IMG/VR virus record: IMGVR_UViG_3300042348_000540
Span: 1 to 48,151 of that record
Direction: 5' to 3' (one strand)
From: a virus
Lineage: Duplodnaviria; Caudoviricetes
Length of the DNA: 48,151 nucleotides
In this document: positions 9,284-18,257 of the stretch, piece by piece
Layout of the letters: every line of letters starts with the position of its first letter
Position numbering within the stretch: position 1 is the stretch's first letter
Notes under the pieces: generated by a model
What the model was told of the DNA's origin: nothing
Seen by the model: only the letters and a program-made list of their open reading frames with translations
Databases searched by the model: none
Position numbers and translations under genes: made by a program

Positions 9284-9478
9284 ATGAACGAAGTGTGCGA
9301 GCTATACGTGGAATACCTAACGCCCCCGTCCTACTGGGCAGAAGATTACGAACCTCCCTTCATGGGGGAACCCGGCTTCTACGTGTCCTCTAACGGGGAC
9401 GTGGTTTCCGGGCCGTATGACACGAAGGCAGAGGCAGAGGCGGAACGCCGCTACCTGATCAGCCTCACGGCGGAATAA
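9284..9478 (+). CDS. Hypothetical protein (early)
   Basis: SD GGAGG; GPYDTKAEAE motif common in small phage proteins. Confidence 0.6.
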   Translation: MNEVCELYVEYLTPPSYWAEDYEPPFMGEPGFYVSSNGDVVSGPYDTKAEAEAERRYLISLTAE

Positions 9479-9535
9479 CTGGTGCGCCCTGCCGGGCGAT
9501 ATCTGACAGAACAACCCAACAACGGAGAGGCAACC

Positions 9536-9763
9536 ATGTATCAGGCGATTCAGACAAAGTTTCTCGGCCCCACCAACTTCCGGGGCGCCCGCGTGAAGGC
9601 AACCGCCGACGCTGGCAGCGTTACAGTGTCATGGGATTACGCCCTTGGCATTTACGAAAACCACAAAGCCGCCGCCGTCGCCCTGGCGAACAAGTACGGG
9701 TGGAATACGAACATGCTGGGCGGTTCCCTGCCCGGCAAGGGGTACGCCTTCATCCAAGTCTGA
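9536..9763 (+). CDS. Conserved phage hypothetical protein
   Basis: SD GGAGAGG; MYQAIQTKFLGPTNFRGARVKA...NH.AAA.AL. Confidence 0.65.
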   Translation: MYQAIQTKFLGPTNFRGARVKATADAGSVTVSWDYALGIYENHKAAAVALANKYGWNTNMLGGSLPGKGYAFIQV

Positions 9764-9774
9764 CGCCCCGGCTT

Positions 9775-9797
9775 CCCACCGCCTTTGCGGTGGGTTT
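9775..9797 (+). terminator. Hairpin or weak terminator
   Basis: CCCACCGC-CTTT-GCGGTGGG followed by TTT. Confidence 0.4.
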
Positions 9798-9838
9798 CCC
9801 GGTCGCCAGTGGCGCCGACACTTCAACACCAGAGGAGC

Positions 9839-11224
9839 ATGGACATGCCTCGCAAGGCACGTTTTGCCACGCCCGCCGACGCTGAAAGGTGGGCAGTAAA
9901 CAAGGGCGCCCCGGTTCGCGGATCGGGGCATTCGATCACCAGCGCCACCCGTGGACTGGTGCGCTTTTGGCTAACCGCGTCTGGCATCCCGTCTGAAAGG
10001 GCCGTGCTTTTCAGCGTCGGGCAGATGACCGCCGCATGGCATGACCTCAGCGGCGCCGCCCTGGCAGCACTGAAGGACGGCAACCCCGTCCCCAGCCCGG
10101 TGCCAGCACCCACCCCCACCCCGGCGCGCTTCAAGCCCGAGGACTTCCCCATCCCTGTCAAGAACGAAAAGGACACTGCACCCGTGAACACGAACGATCA
10201 CGCCGCCGCCCTCGACGCCCTCAAGCGTATCCTGGCGCCGGATGCCACCCCGCTGGATGAAAACGCGGTGGTCGAGATTGTCACCCGACGCATGGGCGAC
10301 ACGGTGAAGGCTGCCGTGAACGACGCCGCCGACAAGGCCCGGATGGACCTCTCCGACCTACTTGAGGAAGCGCGCTCTATCGTGAACGGCGCGCCCCGCG
10401 TGCTGCGGATCGAGGTGGCCGGGCGTATTAAGGAAATGCCCGCCACGCCCCGGCATTGCATGTTCGACACCTTCCTGGCGATGGTTATCGCCAGCCGGTT
10501 GACGGGTGGGCAGATGCCTATGCTGGTCGGCCCGGCGGCTGGTGGCAAAACCACCGCCTGCGAGCAAGTCGCAACGGCCCTGGGCCTGCCCTTCTATTCG
10601 GACGGCGCCTTGACCGGGAAGCATGAACTGACCGGCTATAAGGACGGCGCCGGGCAGTATCATACCACCCCCTTCCGCCAAGCGTTCGAGCATGGCGGCG
10701 TCTACCTCATGGACGAATTGGATCGGTCGGACCCTAGCGTTCCGCTGACCCTCAATTCTGCCCTCGCAAACGGGTTCATGTCTTTCCCCGACCGGGCCGA
10801 GCCGGTGCGTCGTCATCCGGACTTTGTCCCCATCGTCGCGGCCAACACCTTCGGGCGGGGCGCCGATCGGATTTATGTCGGCGCGAACCAACTGGACGGC
10901 GCGACCATTGACCGCACGGCCCCGCTGGTTTGGGATTATGACGAAGTGCTTGAGCGCGCCCTTGCTGGTGATGACGCCTGGGTGGCTTACGTCCAGGCCG
11001 CGCGCAACGCCGCCTTCAAGCACAAAATCCGCCACATCATCAGCCCTCGCGCGAGCATTGGCGGCGCGAACCTTCGGCGGGTTGGGCTGCCCTTCGATGT
11101 GGTGGCCGAGGCTTCCATCTGGAAGGGCCTCGACACTGAGCAGCGTGCCCGCATCATCGCGGATATCCCCGACAACGTGACGCGCCGGGCTCAGGCAGCC
11201 CGCGTGATCCTGGCAGCGGAATAA
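9839..11224 (+). CDS. MoxR/CobS-like AAA+ ATPase
   Basis: Walker A GPAAGGKT, Walker B YLMDELD, HPDF...AANT.G.G..R.YVG.NQLD.AT.DR; SD AGAGGAG before 9839. Confidence 0.85.
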   Translation: MDMPRKARFATPADAERWAVNKGAPVRGSGHSITSATRGLVRFWLTASGIPSERAVLFSVGQMTAAWHDLSGAALAALKDGNPVPSPVPAPTPTPARFKPEDFPIPVKNEKDTAPVNTNDHAAALDALKRILAPDATPLDENAVVEIVTRRMGDTVKAAVNDAADKARMDLSDLLEEARSIVNGAPRVLRIEVAGRIKEMPATPRHCMFDTFLAMVIASRLTGGQMPMLVGPAAGGKTTACEQVATALGLPFYSDGALTGKHELTGYKDGAGQYHTTPFRQAFEHGGVYLMDELDRSDPSVPLTLNSALANGFMSFPDRAEPVRRHPDFVPIVAANTFGRGADRIYVGANQLDGATIDRTAPLVWDYDEVLERALAGDDAWVAYVQAARNAAFKHKIRHIISPRASIGGANLRRVGLPFDVVAEASIWKGLDTEQRARIIADIPDNVTRRAQAARVILAAE

Positions 11225-11229
11225 AAGAC

Positions 11230-12144
11230 ATGCGCGACCTTCGATCCCTCCCGACCGACCCCAACCGGGCGCAATTCGCGCCCTACCTTCCCGCCTTTCA
11301 TGAGGCGGCGAAAAGCGTCGCCTCCATTCACTTCGACACGATGGCAGAACTAATGGAGTACGTGCCCCCGAATGATCCTCGCGGGGACCGACACTGCGGA
11401 TCGGCATGGTCGGGCGGCAAAGAGTTCTGCGGCACGAGAAACATGGTCGAGGCGCTGAAATACGCCCGAGACGGGTGGGAGGAGGGCGCCGAGCGCGCCC
11501 GACCCCTGCTGGACAAGATCAAGACGGCCCGCCCCGTCCGCAGGGCGCTGGTCAAGTGGAGTGTGGCCGGGGCGATCCCGAGTGTGCCCCGCTATCTGTC
11601 GGGCGACCCCATGCACATGCGGACTGTCGGCATGACCGCCAGCAGCAGGCAGCCGGTCATCACCCTGGTCGCCAACTGGTCCACCCCGGCGCACGTTAGC
11701 TCCCGCGTGTTCGAGTGCAGCGCCGTGGCTGCTGCTGCCATCTGCGACCGGCTGGAAGATGCAGGCTACCGCGTGGAGATTATTGCCGGACGGCGATGCT
11801 CTAGCGATACCGGCGGGCAGAAGGGGCACGTCGCGGATATGTTCGCTCGCCTCAAGGCAGCCGAGGATGCGATGGACCTCGCGCGCATGGCCTTTGGTCT
11901 GGGGCATCCCTCTGCCCTGCGGCGCCTGTCTTTTGCGATTGCCTCCATCCATCCGGGCTTTCGGGCAGCAACCGAATACGGACAGGGGTATGCGTCGGAC
12001 TTCGGGGAACTGGAGATGCCGCCCGGCACATACTTCCTGCCTGCCAACAAGAACGTCGCAAGCGAGTGCGGCGTCGATCCCATGAAGTCTTTCGACTACG
12101 TGCTGGCATCCCTCATCAAGCAGGGTTGCCCCGGTCTGGAATGA
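11230..12144 (+). CDS. VWA-like/CobT-like partner of the AAA+ ATPase
   Basis: Directly follows the AAA+ gene; G....VPRYL.G.P..M, degenerate MIDAS-like strand VITLVANWST, HPS.LRR. Confidence 0.6.
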   Translation: MRDLRSLPTDPNRAQFAPYLPAFHEAAKSVASIHFDTMAELMEYVPPNDPRGDRHCGSAWSGGKEFCGTRNMVEALKYARDGWEEGAERARPLLDKIKTARPVRRALVKWSVAGAIPSVPRYLSGDPMHMRTVGMTASSRQPVITLVANWSTPAHVSSRVFECSAVAAAAICDRLEDAGYRVEIIAGRRCSSDTGGQKGHVADMFARLKAAEDAMDLARMAFGLGHPSALRRLSFAIASIHPGFRAATEYGQGYASDFGELEMPPGTYFLPANKNVASECGVDPMKSFDYVLASLIKQGCPGLE

Positions 12145-12146
12145 GG

Positions 12147-12172
12147 GGAGGGGGCTAACGCCCCTTCCTTTC
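12147..12172 (+). terminator. Intrinsic terminator
   Basis: GGAGGGGGC-TAAC-GCCCCTTCC-TTT right after the stop codon. Confidence 0.55.
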
Positions 12173-12205
12173 AGAACAATTAGACGACGCAAAGGATACT
12201 AGACC

Positions 12206-12598
12206 ATGCTTTTCTTCTGCCCCCTCGACAACATCAGCAAGCCCTCGCGCACCACCCTGGCCGAGCAGCAAGCCGCCATCGCCCTGGACGGAACCCGCAA
12301 GCGCCAGGGGCTATGCGTCGAGGCGCCCAACGCCAAGGCCGCGACCGATACAGTCACCGCGTACCTTCTGGATTGCATCCGCTCCGGGCAGGAAACCTAC
12401 CGCCCGACCGTCGAGATAGAGGACATGGACGGCGTGCCTGTCGCCACCCTTATGGACGGTGCCCCTACCCCTACCCCTGCCGAGACAGCAGGCATCAATG
12501 CCCTGGTCGCCAGGGCCAAGGGCAACAAGCCGAAGCCGCCTGCCAACGACACGCTTGTGGGCAGCACCCCTGCCGCACCCGCAACAGATAACTATTGA
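12206..12598 (+). CDS. Hypothetical protein
   Basis: 130 aa, SD AAGGA, P/A/T-rich tail. Confidence 0.55.
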   Translation: MLFFCPLDNISKPSRTTLAEQQAAIALDGTRKRQGLCVEAPNAKAATDTVTAYLLDCIRSGQETYRPTVEIEDMDGVPVATLMDGAPTPTPAETAGINALVARAKGNKPKPPANDTLVGSTPAAPATDNY

Positions 12599-12622
12599 CA
12601 CACATCAGCGCACCGATAGAAT
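12595..12622 (+). promoter_or_regulatory. Sigma70-like promoter
   Basis: TTGACA-16 bp-TAGAAT upstream of the MarR-like gene. Confidence 0.6.
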
Positions 12623-12652
12623 GCACCCACAACAGAACGAAAGGACAGCACC

Positions 12653-12955
12653 ATGACCAAGCCCGCCATCGAACAGTCCAACAAGGTGACCATCCCGGAT
12701 GATGTTCTGCCCCTCCTGCGGTGGGCAAACGCCGACCAACTGACATGCAGGCAGGCCGCGATCCTGCGGATGATCGAACACAACCCCGGCTGCACCGTTG
12801 GTGCCATCGCTCATGTGCTGAAGGTGCCGAAGCCTGCCGTCACGCGAGCCGCCGATAAGCTCAGTGACTGGAACCTTATCCACCGAAGGGTGGAACCCGC
12901 CGACCTCCGTCTGGTTCAGCTTTGGCCCGGTCGCGGCAAGGGACGCCGCAAGTAA
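12653..12955 (+). CDS. MarR-family winged-helix regulator
   Basis: LTCRQAAIL..I...PG.TVGAIA..L.VPKPAVTRA.D.L....LI.R...P.DLR. Confidence 0.85.
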   Translation: MTKPAIEQSNKVTIPDDVLPLLRWANADQLTCRQAAILRMIEHNPGCTVGAIAHVLKVPKPAVTRAADKLSDWNLIHRRVEPADLRLVQLWPGRGKGRRK

Positions 12956-13035
12956 AGGACAGACCCTCCCACCTGCGTCACCCTCCGGGGTGGCGCATAG
13001 GGAAGGCCCGGCCTTCTGTCTGGAAAGGGAAACCC

Positions 13036-13260
13036 ATGAAAGAAAAGAGCGATCCTTTAGAGACACGGTATCAGCACCGCATCGAGGGCCTTGAGAAGGA
13101 GGTTGAGGACTGGAAGTGGCAGAGCAGCCGCTTGCTCGCCGCCCTGATCCTGATCGGGGACTTCCCCAACCAACGCCAGAACAAAGACCTTACCTTCAGT
13201 GAGGCCGTCGATGCGATGGCCGAGCTTGCGCTTAGTGCTGCCCGCAACGCCAGAGTTTGA
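13036..13260 (+). CDS. Hypothetical coiled-coil protein
   Basis: MKEKSDPLETRY... with SD GGAAAGGG. Confidence 0.5.
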   Translation: MKEKSDPLETRYQHRIEGLEKEVEDWKWQSSRLLAALILIGDFPNQRQNKDLTFSEAVDAMAELALSAARNARV

Positions 13261-13270
13261 GGAGCAACCC

Positions 13271-13582
13271 ATGCTGAAAGCACCAGCCCGGAATGAGTTC
13301 GCCGCCGAGGTAGAGGAGGGGCCGATCCTCGTCACGCCCGGCGTTGTGGACAGCTTCAAGCCTTGGGAGGTGAAGCGCGCCCTGGAGCGGCACCTCTCCC
13401 TCGACTGGTCCGACATGGACGAAGAGGATCAAGCCGTGAACCTTATCGCCGCAATGGAAGGGGGCAGGCGCGTGTTCTCTGCCTATCGCGTGCGAGCCAA
13501 GGCCGACGAGCGGTGCGACCTTTGGATTATCACCGAGGCCGACCGCAGCAGCACCACCATCCTGACCCCGGACGAATACTGA
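13271..13582 (+). CDS. Conserved plasmid/phage hypothetical protein
   Basis: TPGV...L.RH...DW.D...ED...N......G.R.FSAY...LWIITEADRS.TTIL.PDEY family motif; SD GAGGAG. Confidence 0.7.
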   Translation: MLKAPARNEFAAEVEEGPILVTPGVVDSFKPWEVKRALERHLSLDWSDMDEEDQAVNLIAAMEGGRRVFSAYRVRAKADERCDLWIITEADRSSTTILTPDEY

Positions 13583-13678
13583 TGCGCGCCGAACGCCTTA
13601 CGAATGTGTGCTTCGTGCTGGCAATGGTGCTGGCATTCGTGCTAATCTTCACACCATAAAAGACAGGAGAGATACCAA

Positions 13679-13987
13679 ATGTCCGACGAAAAAGAGATGA
13701 TTAGCGATGGCGAAATGGCCCAGATCATCGAGATGAGCGAACACATCAAGGCTGCGGTTCTTGGTCTCGCCGTTCTCAATGGCGCCAAGCCGTCCCGGAT
13801 GCTGGCTGCGGTTGTTGTGGCAGCCACCGAACTGAACTTCGATCACACCAAGCCCGGCCACGAGGAGTGGTCCCTTGAGCAGATGATTGACGGCATCCGA
13901 GCCATGCACGCCGACTTGATGGAGGCGAAAAAAGAGCGGGACATTGCCGAGGCAAACGAGGCCCGCGAACGGGGCACGATCCAGTGA
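13679..13987 (+). CDS. Hypothetical protein, paralog A1
   Basis: 102 aa; aligns by eye with the next gene. Confidence 0.65.
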   Translation: MSDEKEMISDGEMAQIIEMSEHIKAAVLGLAVLNGAKPSRMLAAVVVAATELNFDHTKPGHEEWSLEQMIDGIRAMHADLMEAKKERDIAEANEARERGTIQ

Positions 13988-14295
13988 AGGGGATTAACAT
14001 GGAAGAATTAGACGAGCGCACCATTGGCCTTGTCCGACATATGTCGGGGGCCTTCGGGGACTTTGCCGAGTTCATGGCGATCAAGAACAACGCCAACCCC
14101 CGTGTCCTTATTGCTGCGGTCGCCCTGACCCTGACTGAACTGAGCTTCAAGCATTCCAAGCCGGGTCAGGAAGAGGACGCGATTGAGACAGCGATCAATG
14201 GCATCCGGGTGATGCATCAAGACCTGATGGAAGAGCAGCAGGGTGACGCAATGGCTGAGGCTGAGGAAGCCAAGGCCAGGGGCAGCATGCAATGA
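13984..14295 (+). CDS. Hypothetical protein, paralog A2
   Basis: 103 aa; shares TEL.F.H.KPG.EE...GIR.MH.DLME...AEA.EA..RG..Q with the previous gene. Confidence 0.65.
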   Translation: MKGINMEELDERTIGLVRHMSGAFGDFAEFMAIKNNANPRVLIAAVALTLTELSFKHSKPGQEEDAIETAINGIRVMHQDLMEEQQGDAMAEAEEAKARGSMQ

Positions 14296-14374
14296 GTGAG
14301 AAGCAAACCATCCTCGTGGTTGCCATCGCCATGCTGGCCGTGATGGTCGGATACGTCATCGCAGGGGCAGTGCA

Positions 14375-14695
14375 ATGACCGGCGCATGGGATGGATACCC
14401 TAAGAACCGCAAGCAGAGTGGATGGCACTGGCTGGCCGATGAAAGGGGTCCAGAACCGGATTACTGGATCGCAGACTTGCAGGGTTGGCGATATGTCGGA
14501 CTGCCCGAGCGCGCAAAGGTTCGTGCGGCTGGCTACCTTGGTCCCTGCCACAGCCCGAGTGAGGTTGCTGCAATCAAGACCGAGCGCGACAAGCTAAGGG
14601 ATGCGCTGGATGGCGTGATGAACTCGCACGGCGAGCAACTTCACGATGCCTTTTCCGTCGCCCGCACTGCACTCGGGGAGACAGGCAGTGACTGA
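14375..14695 (+). CDS. Hypothetical modular protein
   Basis: SGWHWL and YLGPC.SP motifs, then an ERDKLRDAL...ARTALGE module. Confidence 0.6.
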   Translation: MTGAWDGYPKNRKQSGWHWLADERGPEPDYWIADLQGWRYVGLPERAKVRAAGYLGPCHSPSEVAAIKTERDKLRDALDGVMNSHGEQLHDAFSVARTALGETGSD

Positions 14696-14897
14696 TATCG
14701 TGGAGCGGTTGCGTGTTCATGCGTGGAGAAGCGACGGATGGACTCGGCAGGATGCTGCCGAAGCTGCCGACGAGATCGAGCGGCTACGGAACGGCATCCG
14801 CCATGCACTGTCCGAGATTGAGGACGGAGGACCAAAGGCGCTGAAGTACGCCGCTCAAGAGCTTCGTATCGCACTCGGGGAGACAAGCAGTGACTGA
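14688..14897 (+). CDS. Hypothetical modular protein (TDIV.RLR / AADEIERLR family)
   Basis: GTG start in the conserved junction repeat; (V/M)TDIVERLR...EAADEIERLR...IALGE. Confidence 0.6.
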   Translation: MTDIVERLRVHAWRSDGWTRQDAAEAADEIERLRNGIRHALSEIEDGGPKALKYAAQELRIALGETSSD

Positions 14898-15138
14898 TAT
14901 CGTGGACCGACTGCGGCTGACCAACGCAGACTTTCTCCATGAAGAAGCTGCCGACGAGATAGAGCGGCTGAGGAATGCACTCCGGGAGATCGCTGAAGGT
15001 GGCGTCCAAATACCACTAGACGAGGAAGGAGAAGGGCCGAACTGGCCGATGCACATATACGCAATGAAGTGGGCCAGCTTTTCCGGAGAGTTGCAGAACA
15101 TCGCGCGCATCGCGCTCAAGGAATCAGACCGTGACTGA
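14890..15138 (+). CDS. Hypothetical modular protein (TDIV.RLR family)
   Basis: MTDIVDRLR...EAADEIERLRNAL...ARIALKE. Confidence 0.65.
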   Translation: MTDIVDRLRLTNADFLHEEAADEIERLRNALREIAEGGVQIPLDEEGEGPNWPMHIYAMKWASFSGELQNIARIALKESDRD

Positions 15139-15685
15139 TATCGTGAAGCGACTGCGATCCTTCGATGTGTTCAGCGCACCGATGGAAATTAACGGCATCA
15201 TGGTTAGCCCGGTGGCGCTGATGGCAGCGGACGAGATCGTGCGGCTCAGGGAAGAGAGAGACGCGGCACGCGCCCAGGCCGCGAACGCCGACGCCCAATG
15301 CGAACGCGACGCCGAACGGGCCGAGCGCGCTGAGGCCGAGCGCGACCAACTCAAGACGGCGGCAGGGATAGACGAGTGGTGCAAGCAGTTCGAGCGCGCC
15401 AACATAACCCTGAATGAGAAGCTGTTCGCCCTGCACGAGAGTCTTGAAAAGACAGAGGCGGAACGCGACCGACTGCTGGAGAGCGTCAAGCTTCTGGATG
15501 CCCTTTGGCATGAGTATCACGATGCCTGTGCCTCACAGTTGGAAGATAACGAACGCCTAAAGGGCGCGCTCTTGCAGATCGCCAGCAGTGGAGTGAATGG
15601 GGAAAGCCTGAACCTCAGCCGGATCGGACATGCTGGCTGCATCAACGTGGCCAAGGATGCACTCAAGGAGAACGAACATGACTGA
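15131..15685 (+). CDS. Hypothetical coiled-coil modular protein
   Basis: MTDIVKRLR...AADEIVRLR...AERD repeats...AKDALKE. Confidence 0.65.
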   Translation: MTDIVKRLRSFDVFSAPMEINGIMVSPVALMAADEIVRLREERDAARAQAANADAQCERDAERAERAEAERDQLKTAAGIDEWCKQFERANITLNEKLFALHESLEKTEAERDRLLESVKLLDALWHEYHDACASQLEDNERLKGALLQIASSGVNGESLNLSRIGHAGCINVAKDALKENEHD

Positions 15686-15899
15686 GATGGACACCCTTAC
15701 TCTGGTGCGATGGAGGTTGGCTGAAGGCCGCACCATTGCAGACGCCGACGTGCATAAGCTGGTGGCTCAGATCGACAGAATGACGGATGCGCTGAAGAAG
15801 ATCGGCGGCATCACCATGAGCATGTGCCTCAACTACAAAGACATGGCCGAGACGCAACGGGATATCGCCCGTGCCGCACTCAAGGAGAACGATCAATGA
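15678..15899 (+). CDS. Hypothetical modular protein
   Basis: SD AAGGAG; ends ARAALKENDQ. Confidence 0.6.
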   Translation: MTEMDTLTLVRWRLAEGRTIADADVHKLVAQIDRMTDALKKIGGITMSMCLNYKDMAETQRDIARAALKENDQ

Positions 15900-16225
15900 A
15901 CGAAGACAACGCGACCAGGGCTGAACTCTTGGAAGTCTTGGCGAAACAGGCCGTCCGTCTTACGCGCGTCGAAAACGAGCGCGATATGTGGCGCAACGAG
16001 AACGTCAAAAAGACAGCCGCGTGTGAGCAGATGGGCAACAGGATATGCACGCTTGAAATCGAGCGCGACCGAATGAAGGGCGCGCTGCGTGATCTGCACG
16101 CCAGCGCAACGCACGCATACAAATACCGACCCACCGACACACCTTCCGGGTTTAAAAACGCAATGCGCGAATTGGCCGAAACGATGGAGCGCGCACGCGC
16201 CGCTCTCATGGAGAGCGGCGAATGA
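15896..16225 (+). CDS. Hypothetical modular protein
   Basis: ATGA-coupled; ERDRMKGAL...ARAALME. Confidence 0.6.
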   Translation: MNEDNATRAELLEVLAKQAVRLTRVENERDMWRNENVKKTAACEQMGNRICTLEIERDRMKGALRDLHASATHAYKYRPTDTPSGFKNAMRELAETMERARAALMESGE

Positions 16226-16518
16226 CCAACATCATCGACCGCTTGCTAGACGAAGCCGAGAAGGCCCAGCGAAAGGGGCATCTTCTTCTGGCTGAGGTCT
16301 GCCGCGATGCGTCGGATCAGCTTGGCCTTGTCATGGAAGAACGTGACCGGCTGAGGAATGCCCTGCTGATCGCAGACACTGCGTGTCGTTCGTATTGGGG
16401 CTGGGAGTATGGCCGACCCGGCGATGTGGACGACGATGATGTTCCTGATAGCAGCCTGCTAGTGAAGTGGCGGCGAGACTACGAGGCTCGCGCCAAACTC
16501 AAGGAGAACGACCAATGA
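16222..16518 (+). CDS. Hypothetical modular protein
   Basis: MTNIIDRL...ERDRLRNAL...ARAKLKENDQ. Confidence 0.6.
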   Translation: MTNIIDRLLDEAEKAQRKGHLLLAEVCRDASDQLGLVMEERDRLRNALLIADTACRSYWGWEYGRPGDVDDDDVPDSSLLVKWRRDYEARAKLKENDQ

Positions 16519-16754
16519 CCGACACCAGCAACGAGGCCATTGAGCGCGCTATTCAGAACGCGCTTCATGGCGAATGGCCCGAGACAACAGCCGCCATACT
16601 GCGTGCCCTTCGGGCCGAGCGCGACCGGATGAAGAAGGCCCTGCAAGAGATCGAAGACCCTCCGTCTATGGTGTTCGATATTGATGACGGGTGTGGCGTG
16701 TGCGCCTGGATGAGCAACCGAGCCGAAGATGCACTCAAGGGAGACGACCAATGA
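16515..16754 (+). CDS. Hypothetical modular protein
   Basis: MTDTSNEAIER...AERDRMKKAL...CGVC...AEDALKGDDQ. Confidence 0.6.
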   Translation: MTDTSNEAIERAIQNALHGEWPETTAAILRALRAERDRMKKALQEIEDPPSMVFDIDDGCGVCAWMSNRAEDALKGDDQ

Positions 16755-16927
16755 GCGGAATCGTAGACGTTTTTGCTTACTCCGACCGAGGAAAAATCTT
16801 GGTCTCATTGCAGACGGTAGATGTCAGGGATGAGTTGCACGTCGCGCTCTATCCCGAGATGGCCCTGAAACTGATCGAAACTCTGAGCAAAGCCCTCCGA
16901 GACAACATCACGGACGCAAAGCGATGA
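16751..16927 (+). CDS. Hypothetical protein, paralog B1
   Basis: VFAY...G.I.V...H.AL.P..AL.L.E.L shared with the next gene. Confidence 0.55.
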   Translation: MSGIVDVFAYSDRGKILVSLQTVDVRDELHVALYPEMALKLIETLSKALRDNITDAKR

Positions 16928-17112
16928 GCGCCCTTCTGCCCCCGATGAAAGAGGTATTCGCCTACATCCGGGATGGCGAGATTATCGTGGCCATGCACGG
17001 GCATGAGTTCGCAGATGACAGGCACGCCGCACTGACCCCGGCGCTGGCCCTGCAACTGGCAGAGGCGCTGATCCGGGCCGTCCGCAATCCCTATGCGGAC
17101 AAAGAATCATGA
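16924..17112 (+). CDS. Hypothetical protein, paralog B2
   Basis: ATGA-coupled; same motif as the previous gene. Confidence 0.55.
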   Translation: MSALLPPMKEVFAYIRDGEIIVAMHGHEFADDRHAALTPALALQLAEALIRAVRNPYADKES

Positions 17113-17303
17113 GCATGTTGCGCCTGGACCCACCGATCCCCGTCATCACGCCGAAGGGGAAGGCATGGGCGCACGTCCTCATCGACTACAGCCAGGAGCA
17201 TCACCTCGTTTGGGTGTGCTTCCAAGATGACACGGGCGAATGCTGGTCTTGGGAAAACAAGGCCGTCCGAATCCAACCAAACCCAACGCTAGGGAGAGAC
17301 TGA
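17109..17303 (+). CDS. Conserved phage hypothetical protein
   Basis: L.PPIPV.TPKG..WAH.LIDYS.EH.L.WVCF.DDTGECW.W.N..VR. Confidence 0.65.
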   Translation: MSMLRLDPPIPVITPKGKAWAHVLIDYSQEHHLVWVCFQDDTGECWSWENKAVRIQPNPTLGRD

Positions 17304-17305
17304 AG

Positions 17306-17665
17306 ATGATGATCGGAACCGACGCGGTTGAGGTGCAAATCAGACACCGGCTGACGCAGAACGTGCCGCACAACGACCTGTTCATTGAGGTCGATGACCT
17401 CCAGGGGAACCCGGTCGCGGCCTTCAACACTCCCAGGCAGGCGGCTGTCTGGCTGCACGAAAATAACTTTCAGTACATCGAAGGCAGCAGCGGCATTTGG
17501 ACGCGCAAAAAAGACAGGCTCATCAGCCTCGACTTCCTCGACGGCAGGGCCATCACCAACCGCCAGCTTTACAAACACCGATCCATCTTCACCGTGGATC
17601 ACGTCACTGTGTGCTGGACCATTGGCCTGTGCGCCATCGCCTTTGTGCTTTTTGCCCTGGGATAG
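17306..17665 (+). CDS. Hypothetical protein with a C-terminal transmembrane segment
   Basis: SD GGGAG; hydrophobic C-terminus. Confidence 0.55.
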   Translation: MMIGTDAVEVQIRHRLTQNVPHNDLFIEVDDLQGNPVAAFNTPRQAAVWLHENNFQYIEGSSGIWTRKKDRLISLDFLDGRAITNRQLYKHRSIFTVDHVTVCWTIGLCAIAFVLFALG

Positions 17666-18227
17666 CGCGCCCAGGAAAAGCCCTTGCGTCCGGTCGGGCG
17701 ATCTGGATATACCGAAAAGCGAAAGGGCTGCCTTGCCGGGCAGCCCTCTCAAATGCACCCTGACGGAACCAGGGTGGGCGACAAACGCCATGTGCGTCTA
17801 TCCCCCACCATACCCGGCTGCGTCAAGGGCTTTCATAGCCACCCACCCTGTGTGGGGCGACCTGTCGGCCATAGGGACCGGGCAGGCAACGCGATAGCCA
17901 AGGGCATGGCGCACTACAATGAAGCCGGAAGTATGTCCGGTGGAAAGGCGGGTGAAAGTCCCGAACGAAGCGCGATGGTTGTCTGCATGGCCTCGCGTTG
18001 ACCGACATTGCCGCAAGGCAGAACTCCGTGCTGATGCCGCCCTCACAGGATGTCCCCGGCTGATAAAGGCACGATGCAGATTGACGACGGCTCACCGATA
18101 GATGGAACCGGCGGAACAGGTTTCCCCCCGCAAAGGGGGAACTTTGTCCTCAAGCTACCTCAACCCAGCAGAACAGGTAGGTACAGGCACACAGTCATAG
18201 GCTGGTAGCTTAGGCTACTAGCTATGC

Positions 18228-18257
18228 CGCAACATATCGCTCCAACGATATGTTGCG
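18228..18257. repeat. Perfect 12-bp inverted repeat in an AT-richer non-coding tract (candidate operator or origin element)
   Basis: CGCAACATATCG-CTCCAA-CGATATGTTGCG upstream of the primase-helicase. Confidence 0.75.
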
